This document shows, one piece after another, positions 29,884 to 40,726 of a stretch of DNA of 58,218 nt; within the stretch, counting starts at the first letter, position 1, and each line of letters starts with the position of its first letter. The translations under genes were made by a program, and so were the position numbers. Source of the stretch: an uncultured Clostridia bacterium (GTDB lineage: Bacteria; Aerophobota; Aerophobia; Aerophobales; B3-G15); NCBI GenBank assembly GCA_964482715.1, contig CAYZYX010000006.1, forward strand, positions 1 through 58,218, given 5' to 3'. The notes under the pieces were generated by a model that worked only from the letters and a program-made list of their open reading frames with translations, was not told the DNA's origin and made no database searches.

Positions 29884-29893
29884 GGAGGAGGCG

Positions 29894-31855
29894 ATGGAAT
29901 CATTTGTACTTTTCTATCCCATAGTGATATGTTTTGTAGCTGGATTTTTGTGCCTTGTAATTCCTAAAAAAGGAGTAGGAGAAGGAATAACCCTTGGTGT
30001 TAGCGGAGTACTTATGATCATAGCTTCATATCTTTTTGTAATTTCCAGAAAATCACCTGTTTACTGGACCAGGAACTGGATTCCTTGGGTGGGTGTAGAT
30101 TTTTCTTTAAGGTGTTTTCCTCTTTCTTCTATGATGGTTCTCTTTGTCTCTTTATTTGCCCTTCTTATATCTGTTTACTCTTTAAGATTTATGTGGAAAA
30201 ATCCAAAATCAAGAGGTTTTTATACCATCCTTTTGTGGATTCTCGGAGCTTCCTGGGGTGTTGTTTTGACCAATAATCTTTTTGTTTTTCTCCTTTTTTG
30301 GGGAGGACTGGCAATTCTTCTTTATGCCTTCCTCACTCTTGGATCTTATACTCTTGCTACCAAAGGTATTTTTACCATAGGCGTTGCCGACTTTGCCCTT
30401 ATCTTAGGGACTTTATTTTTATATAAGCTTTCTGGCACTTTAAATATGGATAGCATCTCCAAGATAACCCTATATGGAACTTTACCTGTTGCTACTTTTC
30501 TCCTTTTGTCAACCGGAGCAATAGCCAAGATAGGGGCTGTACCTTTTCATACCTGGATTCCTGAAGCTTCAGAGAAAATACCGCCACCTGCTATGGCCTT
30601 TCTGGTGGGTGCTCTGGATAAGCTGGTTGGCATATACTTTTTAGCACGTGTATGTGTTGATTTCTTTGATTTCAGTGCATTTTCTGTTGGTCCAACTGTA
30701 TTAATGATATTGGGTAGTTTCACCATTGTGATTTCAGTAATGATGGCATTAGTCAGTTCTAATATGAAAAGGATCATCGCCTATTTCAGTATCTCGGCTG
30801 CAGGCTACATGATGATAGGTATGGCTTCTAAAAATCCTGTAGGAATGGCTGGAGCAATTTTCTATCTTTTAAGTACCACTTTGTGGACAAGTTTGCTTTT
30901 CTTGGTCGCCGGAGCGGTAGAAAGGCAAACAGGAACCAGTGAGCTTTCTTCGCTCGGTGGCCTTTCGCGCTGGATGCCACTTACATTTACTGGATGTCTT
31001 ATCGGAGGGCTTTCTATCTCTGGTGTACCTCCCTTAAATGGATTTTTCTCTAAATGGATGATTTATCAGGGAGTAATTGAGTTAAATATGGCGGGGGGAA
31101 AACTCTGGATTATATGGCTTATGGCTTGTATGTTTGGAAGTGTGATTACCCTGGCCAGTTTTATCCGTATGATGCATTCCGTTTTTCTGGGAGAAATAAG
31201 CATTATGGAAAAAATGGAAGTTGCAGAAAAATCTACGGCCTATACATCTCCCAATCCCGGCAGAAAAGTAAGTGAAGTACCTATGGAGATGAGTTTACCT
31301 ATTCTTATCCTGGCAGCTCTATGTGTTGGATTTGGTATTTTTGCTTATGACCTACCCCTGAAATTATTCATATTTTCTTCGCTTCCCGCGTTACCTGCAC
31401 CTTATCAATGGATAGGATGGTGGCAACCTGGACTGGCAACTATCTTGATAATCATTGGCATAATAATCGGGCTCCTGGTTTATCTTTTGAGCAGAGTGAA
31501 AAGGGTGCGGAGAGATATATCTTATATTGGAGGAGAAAATCCCCGTGAAGATATGAGTATAAGTGGTGTGGAGTTTTACGATACTATTACCAATTTCCTG
31601 GGTATTCGCCGGTTATATCGTGCCTCTCAGAAAGGTCTTATGGATATCTATGCAGGAATGTTGAATTTTGCCAGAGGGATTGCCCTTTTCCTTTTTGCGG
31701 TGGATAGAATTCTGGATTATACCTGGAGAGGTCTTGCCTGCATAGTTTTACTGGCAGGTAAAGGGGCAAGTCTGGTTCATGGTGGGATTCTACATACTTA
31801 CCTGGGATGGTTTCTTGTGGGGCTGACCATTTTACTTATTGTATTTTTACTATGA
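29894..31855 (+). CDS. Mrp/NuoL/HyfB-like proton-conducting membrane subunit
   Basis: Many TM helices; KIGAVPFHTWIPEA, SISGVPPLNGFFSKWMIY. Confidence 0.9.
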   Translation: MESFVLFYPIVICFVAGFLCLVIPKKGVGEGITLGVSGVLMIIASYLFVISRKSPVYWTRNWIPWVGVDFSLRCFPLSSMMVLFVSLFALLISVYSLRFMWKNPKSRGFYTILLWILGASWGVVLTNNLFVFLLFWGGLAILLYAFLTLGSYTLATKGIFTIGVADFALILGTLFLYKLSGTLNMDSISKITLYGTLPVATFLLLSTGAIAKIGAVPFHTWIPEASEKIPPPAMAFLVGALDKLVGIYFLARVCVDFFDFSAFSVGPTVLMILGSFTIVISVMMALVSSNMKRIIAYFSISAAGYMMIGMASKNPVGMAGAIFYLLSTTLWTSLLFLVAGAVERQTGTSELSSLGGLSRWMPLTFTGCLIGGLSISGVPPLNGFFSKWMIYQGVIELNMAGGKLWIIWLMACMFGSVITLASFIRMMHSVFLGEISIMEKMEVAEKSTAYTSPNPGRKVSEVPMEMSLPILILAALCVGFGIFAYDLPLKLFIFSSLPALPAPYQWIGWWQPGLATILIIIGIIIGLLVYLLSRVKRVRRDISYIGGENPREDMSISGVEFYDTITNFLGIRRLYRASQKGLMDIYAGMLNFARGIALFLFAVDRILDYTWRGLACIVLLAGKGASLVHGGILHTYLGWFLVGLTILLIVFLL

Positions 31856-32142
31856 GAGAAAAAAACAGAAATTTTAATTTTGAAGGGAATACCAAAATTG
31901 TAGAATATGTAAGTTCCGGAGCAATTATAGGGGCAATAGGTTTCACTATTTTTGCTGGACTTATAACTGACGCCAAAACCACATTTTTGATGAATTATTC
32001 CCCTCTCCTTGGAGGATTAATAGGAGGCTTTGTCTCATTTATTCTAAATCTTGCCAGTAGATTAATAAAAGGAAAAAAGAAAGATTTGAAAAGAAAAAGT
32101 GAAAAGATAAAAAGACCTCTGAAAGAGAAGGTTCGGCTCTAA
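31852..32142 (+). CDS. 96-aa two-TM hypothetical protein
   Basis: ATGA overlap with the upstream stop; Gly-rich TM helices and basic tail. Confidence 0.6.
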   Translation: MREKNRNFNFEGNTKIVEYVSSGAIIGAIGFTIFAGLITDAKTTFLMNYSPLLGGLIGGFVSFILNLASRLIKGKKKDLKRKSEKIKRPLKEKVRL

Positions 32143-32371
32143 ACACCAGCGACATACTCCTTGGTTTATATCTTGCCCTGCAGGCTTCCAGGTATCTCAG
32201 GGTTAAAGGCGAGATTTCTTCCCCCGGTAGCATTCCCTTTGCTCACTTTTGCCGGGAGCCTTCATTTTTGAGAATAGAAGACTTCCAGGGTATTCTCGGG
32301 AAAGCTTCTTTTGATGAAAAGCATACTTTTACATTATTTACAAATAAGATATATTATAAAATAAAAAAACC

Positions 32372-32890
32372 ATGGGGGTGAGAAAGATGAAAACATGGGT
32401 GATGGGAATAGCTTTTATGAGTATAATAATGGTGTTTATCTCTTCTTTTTCTTCAGCTGAGGAAACCCAAGGTCCTCTGAGTTTGACCATAAGCCTGGAT
32501 AAGGAAGAATACCAGATGGGTGAGCCAATAGAATGCACCTTAGTGTTAGGAAACATCAGCGAACAATCATTAACGGTAAATAAGAGACTCCTGGTGAACT
32601 ACGATGTCACTTTTCCTCATGAAGTTCTTTTTGAAATAAAAGGACCCGACAATAAACCATTAGAATTTATCCCCATAATTAAAGCAGGTCTTCCCGAAGT
32701 TGAAGATTTTATCTCCCTCTTACCCAGGGAGTTCATTATGAAGATCTACCAATTAGAGCGTTATTTTTCTTTCAGTAAAAAAGGAAAATACACTGTTCAG
32801 GCTATTTACGAAAATTATCATCAACCTTCGGATTTGAAAGTTTGGACAGGAAGTATAAAATCAAATATAGTTGAAATTAAAGTAAGATAA
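32372..32890 (+). CDS. Secreted beta-sandwich (Ig-like) hypothetical protein
   Basis: Signal peptide; L.L.ISLDK.EY..GEPI...L.N and GKY.VQAIY...SN.VEIKV pattern. Confidence 0.7.
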   Translation: MGVRKMKTWVMGIAFMSIIMVFISSFSSAEETQGPLSLTISLDKEEYQMGEPIECTLVLGNISEQSLTVNKRLLVNYDVTFPHEVLFEIKGPDNKPLEFIPIIKAGLPEVEDFISLLPREFIMKIYQLERYFSFSKKGKYTVQAIYENYHQPSDLKVWTGSIKSNIVEIKVR

Positions 32891-32911
32891 AAATTTCAGA
32901 GAGGGGAAATC

Positions 32912-34216
32912 ATGAAAAAAATATTTTTCATACTAATTGCTGTTTTTTTAGTGTTCCTTTTCATTCCTGGCTCAGGAGCTTCGGCTCAGCCTCCTCCGGC
33001 CAATAAAGTGGCGAAAATCCAGGAAGCTATAAATAAGGCAAAAGCTCTAAAAACCAAGGCCGATAAGATCTACCAACAAGCTCTCAACGAAACGGTAAAG
33101 AAATTTGGTGATGAATATGCTAAAGCTAAGACTGATGCCGAAAGAAGAAAGGTGGTTGATCAGGCCAGAAAATTTTTCCAGCAAAGACTGCGTACCCTGG
33201 GCTGGGGCAGGGCAAAAAAGGCTAAAGATGAGGCTTTTCAAAGGATAATTCAAGAGGTAAATAAAACCTATAAGATTGACACCAGAAATGTCAGAGGTGA
33301 GCCTACCTTCAGTCAGGATGTAGAAGGCGAAGGTGAATGCTATCCCGATGGAACAGTTAGAATTGGACCATCGGCTTTTACCTCTCCTGGAGTGGTAGCC
33401 TCTACCAAAAAACATGAAGCAACTCATGCTGATCAAGCTGCTGGAGGTAGATGGCCGAGAGGGGCTGTGGAACGCCATGATGCTGAGATTGAAGCTTATG
33501 GAAAAGAAATGACAAGTGCTGACACCGTAGGCCTTACCGATGCAGAAAGAAACGAGGTTCTCACCAGGCTTCGCTATCATTTAGCACAGAAAAAGGTGGC
33601 TCTTATAAATGAAATACGATCAGCAAAGACTTCAATGAATAATGATAAACAACGAAAAGAGCTGGATAAAATTGTGGAAAAGGTGCGCCAGATTCAAAAA
33701 ATGGAACAAAAAGGTGACGAAGAAAAGGCTATGCAGAAGAAAAACGAAGCGATAAAGGAGATTAAGCAGCTTATAAAAGGGGCAAAAGGCCGGGCTAAAA
33801 ATACATTAGAAAGGCTGAGAGATCACTTTGAAGGACTTAAGGAGGCAGAGCTTTTTGTTATGAAGGTGGAGGCAATTGAAAATTTGAGAGATGCTCAGGA
33901 TGCTCCAACTACCGGTAAGAAGCAAAAAAAGGAAATTAATAAGATTATAGGTAAATTAAAAAAGTTAATCGAGGCTCAGAGAAAAGGAAAAGAGAAAGAA
34001 GCTCTCAAGATAAAAAAAGATGCTTTTGAGGAGATAAATGAGCTATTAAAAAGGAGTAAAGGGTCAACAAAAGAGGAGCTGAATAAAGCAAAACAGAAAA
34101 TAGAAAAACTGATAAAAATTCAAACTACACTTGTTGGTAAGATTTATATTCCGAGATTCAGAATCTGGATTGGCTATCTTTATACAATACCCTATTTGAA
34201 AAAAGCAAATGAAAAC
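32912..34216 (+). CDS. Secreted HEXXH zincin-like protein with helical repeats (truncated by assembly gap)
   Basis: Signal peptide, HEATH plus downstream EIEAY, two ~91-aa K/E-rich repeats; open into the Ns. Confidence 0.75.
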
Positions 34217-34316
34217 NNNNNNNNNNNNNNNNNNNNNNNNNNNNNNNNNNNNNNNNNNNNNNNNNNNNNNNNNNNNNNNNNNNNNNNNNNNNNNNNNNNN
34301 NNNNNNNNNNNNNNNN

Positions 34317-34547
34317 GGAGAACTGGCAGAAGGGAAGGGTAGGGGTAGTGGTTATAAAACATCCTTAGGCGTAGAGTTTAATTTGTCCCGGAACCTTTCT
34401 CTTTTTATTGAAGGAGGATACCGAAACTTATTGGTTACAGCAAAAGGAGACTTATCCTACATGGGGACAGAAGATAGCGAAAAAGAAGAAATCGAACTTG
34501 ATTATAGTGGAACAGAGATAAAGGTAGGTTTATCAGGAAGATTTTAA
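34317..34547 (+). CDS. C-terminal outer-membrane beta-barrel fragment (probably the end of the preceding CDS)
   Basis: Alternating beta strands LGVEFN, LSLFIEGGY, IKVGLSGRF-stop with terminal Phe. Confidence 0.65.
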   Translation, partial: GELAEGKGRGSGYKTSLGVEFNLSRNLSLFIEGGYRNLLVTAKGDLSYMGTEDSEKEEIELDYSGTEIKVGLSGRF

Positions 34548-34556
34548 ATTTTTAAT

Positions 34557-34585
34557 TTGACATTTTAGAAAAGGTAAAGTAAAAT
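34557..34585 (+). promoter_or_regulatory. sigma70 promoter of the pyr operon
   Basis: TTGACA-17-TAAAAT. Confidence 0.8.
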
Positions 34586-34628
34586 AAAAAGAGCTTTATG
34601 GAAAATTTTATGCTAAAAAAGATGGTGG

Positions 34629-34663
34629 AACTCCTTCTTGCTCCGGCAAGAAGGAGTTTTTTT
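34629..34663 (+). terminator. Intrinsic terminator/attenuator in the pyr leader
   Basis: 13-bp stem AACTCCTTCTTGC-TCCG-GCAAGAAGGAGTT followed by a T run. Confidence 0.88.
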
Positions 34664-34677
34664 ATGGAGAATAATTC

Positions 34678-35220
34678 ATGAAGGTTATGGACGCTACAGA
34701 AATTAGGGCGACTTTAAATGAAATCTGTCAAAAAATAGTGAGCAAAAACCAGGATCTTTCTAAAACCTGCCTGGTTGGTATTCAAAGACGAGGGGCTATT
34801 TTAGCCCAGAGAATGAGTAAGATTATAAGTAGGCTGTGTGGACAGAAGTTACCGGTTGGAAGACTGGATATAACTCTTTATCGAGATGATCTATCACGTA
34901 TTTCTTATCAACCCATCCTTAGAAATACCAATATTCCCTTTTCCATAGATGATAAACATATCTTACTTGTTGATGATGTTCTTTTCACCGGTAGAACTGT
35001 AAGGGCAGCTCTTGATGCTTTACTTGATCTCGGCCGGCCAGCCAGAATTGAACTTGTAGTCTTAATAGACAGAAATCACCGAGAACTTCCAATTCAAGCA
35101 GATTATGTGGGTAAATATCTTGCCACTTCAAGCTCACAGATGGTAGAACTAAAAGTAGAGGAGATAGACAGAAAAGAAGAGGTAGTAATTATTGATAAGG
35201 ATGGGCAAAATGAATTTTGA
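34678..35220 (+). CDS. pyrR: PyrR pyrimidine regulator / UPRTase
   Basis: [35 protein letters not shown]. Confidence 0.96.
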   Translation: MKVMDATEIRATLNEICQKIVSKNQDLSKTCLVGIQRRGAILAQRMSKIISRLCGQKLPVGRLDITLYRDDLSRISYQPILRNTNIPFSIDDKHILLVDDVLFTGRTVRAALDALLDLGRPARIELVVLIDRNHRELPIQADYVGKYLATSSSQMVELKVEEIDRKEEVVIIDKDGQNEF

Positions 35221-36136
35221 GAAGAAAGATCTACTTGATATAGAGACTCTTTCGGTAGACGAGATTAATCTCATTCTGAATACAGCAAAATCATTTCGGG
35301 AGGTTCTGGAGCGTCCAATTAAAAAAGTTCCTACTCTAAGAGGTAAAACTATTGCCAATCTCTTTTTTGAACCAAGTACCCGGACAAGAATTTCTTTTGA
35401 ACTTTCTGCTAAAAGACTTAATGCAGACCTTATTAATTTTTCCTCCTCAACCAGTAGTGTTTTAAAGGGTGAAACTCTCTTAGATACCGCTAAGAACATT
35501 ATGGCCATGAAAGTGGATGCATTGGTAGTACGGCATTCCGCTCCGGGAGCTGCTCATCTTCTGGCCAGAAACCTTCCTATCAGTGTTATAAATGCTGGCG
35601 ATGGGGCTCATGAACATCCAACCCAGGCTCTCCTTGATATTTACAGTATAAGAGAGAAGAAAAATAAAATAGAAGGTTTGGAAGTTGCCATAATAGGAGA
35701 TATAGCTCATTCCCGAGTGGCCCGTTCAGATATATGGGGATTAACTAAATTGGGGGCTAAGGTTAAAGTTTGTGGGCCACCCACACTGATTCCTGTGGGA
35801 ATTGAAAAAATGGGTGTTGAGGTAATCTACAATATTGAATCAGTTTTAAAAAACTGTGATGTTATAATTATGCTCAGAATTCAAAAGGAAAGACAGAAAT
35901 CCTCCTTTATCCCCAGTTTACAGGAATATCGTGAATTTTTTGCTCTGACTGAAGAGAGGTTAAAATTAACCAGGCCTGACGTTATAATTATGCATCCCGG
36001 CCCTGTAAATCGAGGAGTAGAACTTCCCCCTCGAGTGGCAGACTGTGGACGAAGTATAATTCTACAACAGGTAACCAATGGAGTAGCTGTAAGAATGGCT
36101 GTACTTTATTTACTTTTAACTCGAGGTGGTGAGTAA
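35210..36136 (+). CDS. pyrB: Aspartate carbamoyltransferase catalytic subunit
   Basis: [26 protein letters not shown] 35210 preferred. Confidence 0.97.
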   Translation: MNFEKKDLLDIETLSVDEINLILNTAKSFREVLERPIKKVPTLRGKTIANLFFEPSTRTRISFELSAKRLNADLINFSSSTSSVLKGETLLDTAKNIMAMKVDALVVRHSAPGAAHLLARNLPISVINAGDGAHEHPTQALLDIYSIREKKNKIEGLEVAIIGDIAHSRVARSDIWGLTKLGAKVKVCGPPTLIPVGIEKMGVEVIYNIESVLKNCDVIIMLRIQKERQKSSFIPSLQEYREFFALTEERLKLTRPDVIIMHPGPVNRGVELPPRVADCGRSIILQQVTNGVAVRMAVLYLLLTRGGE

Positions 36137-37417
36137 ATGAGCATCTTAATCAAAGATGGTAAAATAATCGATCCGGCTTCCCAATGCGAGGATTTCCTTG
36201 ACGTTTTCATTTCAGGGGAAAAAATAAAGAAGCTCCAGAAAAACCTTAAAATGAAAGAGGCGGAAATCATCATAGATGCCCGGGAAAAGATCATAATTCC
36301 AGGACTGGTAGATATGCACACCCACGTTCGCCAACCAGGAAGAGAAGATGAGGAAACTATAAAAAGTGCAAGTCTTGCTGCAGCCAGGGGAGGATTTACC
36401 ACTATATGCTGTATGCCCAACACAACTCCACCCATAGACAATCCAGCCCTGGTCAGGTTCATTCATGAGGAAGTAAGAAGAAATTCTTTGATCGAGATTC
36501 TACCTGTTGGTGCTATCACTCAGAACCTTGAGGGGAAAAAAATTTCTGAGATGGGGAGACTTAAAAAAGCCGGAGTTGTTGGTTTTTCTGATGATGGAAA
36601 ATGGGTGGTTAACTCTCAAATTATGCGAAGAGCACTTGAATATGCAAAGATGTTGGATATTCCTCTGATTTCCCACTGTGAGGATCCCTCTTTAAGTGAG
36701 GGTGGGGTAATGAACGAAGGCTACTGGTCCTGTGTTCTTGGTTTTCCTGGAATACCAGGAGAAGCTGAAGAAATAGCTGTGGCACGAGATCTGACTTTGT
36801 GCAGATTAACTGGATGCAGACTTCATATAGCCCATGTTTCTACCAGAGAATCGGTACAGCTGATTAGAGAGGCAAAAAAGAGAAATCTCAAAATAAGCTG
36901 TGAGGTAACCCCTCATCATCTTGCCCTTTCTGATGAAAAAGTGAGGACCTTTGACACCAATACCAAGGTTAATCCTCCTTTAAGAAGCCATGAAGATATC
37001 GAAGCTTTAAAACAAGGATTAAAGGAAAACGTTATTGATGTCATCGCTACAGATCATGCTCCACACTCACCGGAGGAAAAAGAACTTGAGTACCCTGATG
37101 CCCCTTTTGGAGTTATCGGACTTGAGACAGCCCTCAGTGTAGTTCTTAAAACGCTTGTTCAATCTGGAGTTTTAACATTGAAAGAGGCAATTGCCAAACT
37201 AAGCCTGAATCCAGCACGAATTCTTGGCATTGACAGAGGGTCCATTCAGGAAGGCAAAACAGCCAATCTCGTTATAGTGAATCTTAAGGAAAACTGGGAG
37301 GTCAGGGAGGAAGATTTTCTCTCTTTAAGTAAAAATTCTCCCTTTATAGGATGGACACTACCGGGTAAAGTTGAATATACTATTTGTAGAGGTAAAATAG
37401 TATACAAAGGAGAGTAA
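36137..37417 (+). CDS. pyrC: Dihydroorotase
   Basis: [28 protein letters not shown]. Confidence 0.96.
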   Translation: MSILIKDGKIIDPASQCEDFLDVFISGEKIKKLQKNLKMKEAEIIIDAREKIIIPGLVDMHTHVRQPGREDEETIKSASLAAARGGFTTICCMPNTTPPIDNPALVRFIHEEVRRNSLIEILPVGAITQNLEGKKISEMGRLKKAGVVGFSDDGKWVVNSQIMRRALEYAKMLDIPLISHCEDPSLSEGGVMNEGYWSCVLGFPGIPGEAEEIAVARDLTLCRLTGCRLHIAHVSTRESVQLIREAKKRNLKISCEVTPHHLALSDEKVRTFDTNTKVNPPLRSHEDIEALKQGLKENVIDVIATDHAPHSPEEKELEYPDAPFGVIGLETALSVVLKTLVQSGVLTLKEAIAKLSLNPARILGIDRGSIQEGKTANLVIVNLKENWEVREEDFLSLSKNSPFIGWTLPGKVEYTICRGKIVYKGE

Positions 37418-37427
37418 GGAACAAGCC

Positions 37428-38978
37428 ATGTATCAGAAAAAGATAATGATTCTGGGAGGTGGTCCCAACAGGATTGGACAGGGAATTGAATTTGATTACT
37501 GTTGCGTTCAGGCAGCCTTTGCCTTGAGAGAAGAAGGGTACAAGGTGATTATGGTAAATTGTAATCCCGAAACAGTTAGCACTGATTATGATACCTCCGA
37601 TAGGCTTTACTTTGAACCTTTAACCGTAGAGGACGTTTTAAATATCTATGAAAAAGAAAAACCCGAAGGAGTAATTGTTCAGTTTGGAGGGCAAACACCT
37701 CTTAATATTGCCTGGGAGCTGATGGAAGAGGGGGTTTCTATTATCGGGACTTCTCCCGAAAGTATAGATAGAGCAGAAGATCGGGAAAAATTTTCCAAAC
37801 TTATAGAAAAGTTAAACCTTAAACAACCTCCCAATGGAACTGGTAAATCCTTTGCTGAAGCTAAAGAAATTGCACGTAAAATAGGTTATCCAGTACTGGT
37901 TAGACCTTCCTACGTTCTTGGAGGAAGGGCAATGGAAATAGTTTACGATGAACCTTCTCTGGAGCAGTATATACGCACGGCAATTGATGTGTCACCTGCT
38001 CATCCCGTCCTTATAGACAAATTTATAGAAGATGCAATTGAGGTAGATATCGATGCGGTAGCTGATGGAGAAAGGTGCATAATAGGAGGAATAATGGAAC
38101 ATATAGAGGAAGCGGGAGTTCATTCTGGAGATAGTTCCTGTAGCCTGCCTCCCTATACCCTGTCGCAAAAAATAATCCAGAAGTTAAGAGAGCTAACCCA
38201 TGCCCTGGCCAGAGAGCTTAAAGTAGTAGGTCTCATAAACATTCAGTGTGCTATCAAAGATGAAAATGTTTATATTCTGGAGGTCAATCCCCGTGCTTCC
38301 AGAACTGTCCCTTTTGTAGGAAAGGCAACGGGGATACCTCTGGCAAAAATTGCTGCTAAGGTGATGATCGGAAAAAAACTGCAAGAAGTGGGATTTTTCA
38401 AGGAACCGGAGATATCTCACATAGCTGTTAAAGAGGCGGTTTTTCCTTTTATCAGATTTCCAGGTGTGGATATCATCCTGGGACCAGAAATGAAATCCAC
38501 CGGTGAAGTAATGGGGATTTCTGATAATTTTGGAACAGCTTTTGCGAAAGCTCAGATGGGAACAGGACTTTCTCTTCCGCTGGAGGGAACTGTTTTTGTT
38601 TCAGTAGCTGACAAAGACAAACCCTCTATTGTTCCCTTAGCTCGTGAACTTCACAAACTCGGATTTAAACTGATAGCTACAAGAGGGACGGCCGGTGTAC
38701 TTAAAAAAAATGGAATCCCGGTAGAAGTTGTTAAAAAAATCGCTGAGGGGCGTCCCAATGTGGAAGATTGCATCAAAAACGGTCAAATTAACCTTATTCT
38801 CAACACCCCGGTGGGTAAAGGTCCTAAATATGATGAGTATCGTATTCGGCGGGAGGCAACGATCCGTCGAATTCCCATAGTGACTACTATTCCTGGAGCG
38901 AGGGCTGCTGTGGATGGTATAAAGGCTCTAAAAAGTGGAAAAATCAACGTAAAACCCTTGCAAGACTACTATGGATAG
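37428..38978 (+). CDS. carB: Carbamoyl-phosphate synthase large subunit, C-terminal half only
   Basis: Starts at [15 protein letters not shown] (second ATP-grasp unit); [12 protein letters not shown] domain; 516 aa. Confidence 0.93.
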   Translation: MYQKKIMILGGGPNRIGQGIEFDYCCVQAAFALREEGYKVIMVNCNPETVSTDYDTSDRLYFEPLTVEDVLNIYEKEKPEGVIVQFGGQTPLNIAWELMEEGVSIIGTSPESIDRAEDREKFSKLIEKLNLKQPPNGTGKSFAEAKEIARKIGYPVLVRPSYVLGGRAMEIVYDEPSLEQYIRTAIDVSPAHPVLIDKFIEDAIEVDIDAVADGERCIIGGIMEHIEEAGVHSGDSSCSLPPYTLSQKIIQKLRELTHALARELKVVGLINIQCAIKDENVYILEVNPRASRTVPFVGKATGIPLAKIAAKVMIGKKLQEVGFFKEPEISHIAVKEAVFPFIRFPGVDIILGPEMKSTGEVMGISDNFGTAFAKAQMGTGLSLPLEGTVFVSVADKDKPSIVPLARELHKLGFKLIATRGTAGVLKKNGIPVEVVKKIAEGRPNVEDCIKNGQINLILNTPVGKGPKYDEYRIRREATIRRIPIVTTIPGARAAVDGIKALKSGKINVKPLQDYYG

Positions 38979-40135
38979 TATTTCTGTACCCACCGGGAAA
39001 TATCATCTTCTTGGATGTTGACGATTTTTATCTCTCTTTCTGCTGACTCAGGTGAATCCGAAGCATGAGCGCCATTTTTTATCACGTCATGACCAAAATC
39101 CTTTCTTACAGTTCCCGGTGCAGCCTCCTCTGGATTTGTTTCGCCTAATATTCTTCTTATTTTACCAACTGCTCCTTCACCTTCGTAAACAAGTGCAAGA
39201 CACTTTTCCAGACCAGGAGCTCTTCTTTCCTCCAGCGATGCTTTCTCTGGATCTCTTCCGGTGATAAATTTAATGATTTTGTTAAATTCATGCCTGGCCT
39301 TAGGAACTTTCAGGTCTTCGGCTATCTTTTCTTCTATACCCGATGGAATACTAAAATCCAATTTTTCTTCAAGGGCGGTGCGAACTTCTCTCATAAGAGC
39401 CTTTTTCATTTTTTCTGCAAGCCTTCCCTTTATAGGTCGGTAAAACTCTTCAGCCTGTTCTATTCCCATATATATGACTCTGGCCCCAACAATAAAAAGA
39501 CCGGTCTGGGAAAATCTGTCAATTATATTTCCTGCCCGGGAACTGAGTTCCTGAAAGCTGTCCGGTTTTATTAAAACCAGTGTTCTTTCCGGTTTTATTC
39601 CAGGAGGGTAGGAAATAACATTTTCCAATAATCCTCCATCTTTAATTGAATATTTAGCCCAAACTTTTAGCTCTTTCTCCACTTCTTTTTTGTTTGTACC
39701 TATAAGGACCGCAGGTTCAAAATACTTGATTTGTCCATCTTCTTCAATGTAATCACCGTAGGTTCCTCTTATGGTCTCTCCAATGGAAACTCTTGTTATG
39801 TGGCCAACAACCCTCTTTAATTCTTCTATTGCATTTTCACCTTCAAAGAGAAGAAGCATTACCCGGGGACGTACTGGATTTCCATCTCTGGGCAGATAAT
39901 TTCTGTAAAGGTATCTTTCAATTTCCTTTAAAATTTTTTTCTCCCTGGGATCCTTCGGTTCATTTGAGGTTAAGGCTTCTATGTATTCCTTTACCAGCTT
40001 CTCACCTGGAGAAAACATCCTTGCTGCAACCAGACTTACCCTTCCCCAGGAAAGAAGCCTGCTTATAACCCCTCCTGTGCGTGATTTTATTATAGTATAG
40101 GGATTTATCAAAACATAGCCTAACTCTTTAGCCAT
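38969..40135 (-). CDS. Long nucleoside-diphosphate kinase-like protein with duplicated NDK fold
   Basis: [29 protein letters not shown]; degenerate N-terminal copy (YVLINPY...ETIRGTYG). Confidence 0.85.
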   Translation of the reverse strand: MAKELGYVLINPYTIIKSRTGGVISRLLSWGRVSLVAARMFSPGEKLVKEYIEALTSNEPKDPREKKILKEIERYLYRNYLPRDGNPVRPRVMLLLFEGENAIEELKRVVGHITRVSIGETIRGTYGDYIEEDGQIKYFEPAVLIGTNKKEVEKELKVWAKYSIKDGGLLENVISYPPGIKPERTLVLIKPDSFQELSSRAGNIIDRFSQTGLFIVGARVIYMGIEQAEEFYRPIKGRLAEKMKKALMREVRTALEEKLDFSIPSGIEEKIAEDLKVPKARHEFNKIIKFITGRDPEKASLEERRAPGLEKCLALVYEGEGAVGKIRRILGETNPEEAAPGTVRKDFGHDVIKNGAHASDSPESAEREIKIVNIQEDDISRWVQKYYP

Positions 40136-40161
40136 TTTTTACCCCAAATCCGTTTTATTCT

Positions 40162-40190
40162 AATATAAACCTTACAAGCCAAAATGTCAA
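40162..40190 (-). promoter_or_regulatory. sigma70 promoter of the ndk-like gene
   Basis: TTGACA-17-TATATT. Confidence 0.75.
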
Positions 40191-40318
40191 CAGCGCATGA
40201 CCTAAAGTTAGGACAATTTTAATGGTAAAAACGAATCAATTTTGGCTGGCGATCAACGTAGGTTTATTAAGGACTTGAGAATGTAGGGAGTGAAAAATCT
40301 ATTTCAATGACTTCGGCT

Positions 40319-40726
40319 TCATTTTTGCTCTTCAATTATCTTTAAGGTTAACCGTTCAATCCTATTTATAAATTCTTCACCTTTTTTAAGCCATTCTGTA
40401 ACATCCTGTCTTTCGAATTTTACAAAATCCTGATAGTCACCTTTTTGCCTTCTTTTAAACATATCGGAGTAAAACTCTCCCAATTTTTCTTCTACAAGTC
40501 CTTTATTTACAAACTCTTTGTTAAAAAATGCTCGGACTCCTGAATGTTTGGAAGATGATAATCCTTTTGTTATCAATAAAGCATTAACAGCATAGAACAT
40601 CGCATAGTAAATGCGATTTACTGTAGATTCTAAAGTAGCATTGTTGATATACTTTTTGGCATCGGAAAGAGTATTTCTGGCTTTCTTTAATCGATACTTT
40701 GCTAAATCAATAAATTCCTGTTTCAT
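40319..40726 (-). CDS. HEPN domain protein (toxin partner)
   Basis: NRIYYAMFY, KHSG, RQKGDY; overlaps the MNT gene by 4 bp. Confidence 0.9.
   Translation of the reverse strand: MKQEFIDLAKYRLKKARNTLSDAKKYINNATLESTVNRIYYAMFYAVNALLITKGLSSSKHSGVRAFFNKEFVNKGLVEEKLGEFYSDMFKRRQKGDYQDFVKFERQDVTEWLKKGEEFINRIERLTLKIIEEQK

Noticed and set aside
32143-32330. Relatively GC-rich spacer with an imperfect direct repeat (CTTCCAGG.TAT..C.GGG) as a possible 6S RNA or riboswitch
   Set aside because: I could not fold it convincingly or match a family by eye; needs an Infernal search
40202-40318. attC-like site making MNT-HEPN an integron cassette
   Set aside because: No paired RYYYAAC/GTTRRRY boxes and no integrase; the GTTAGGA belongs to the dispersed motif
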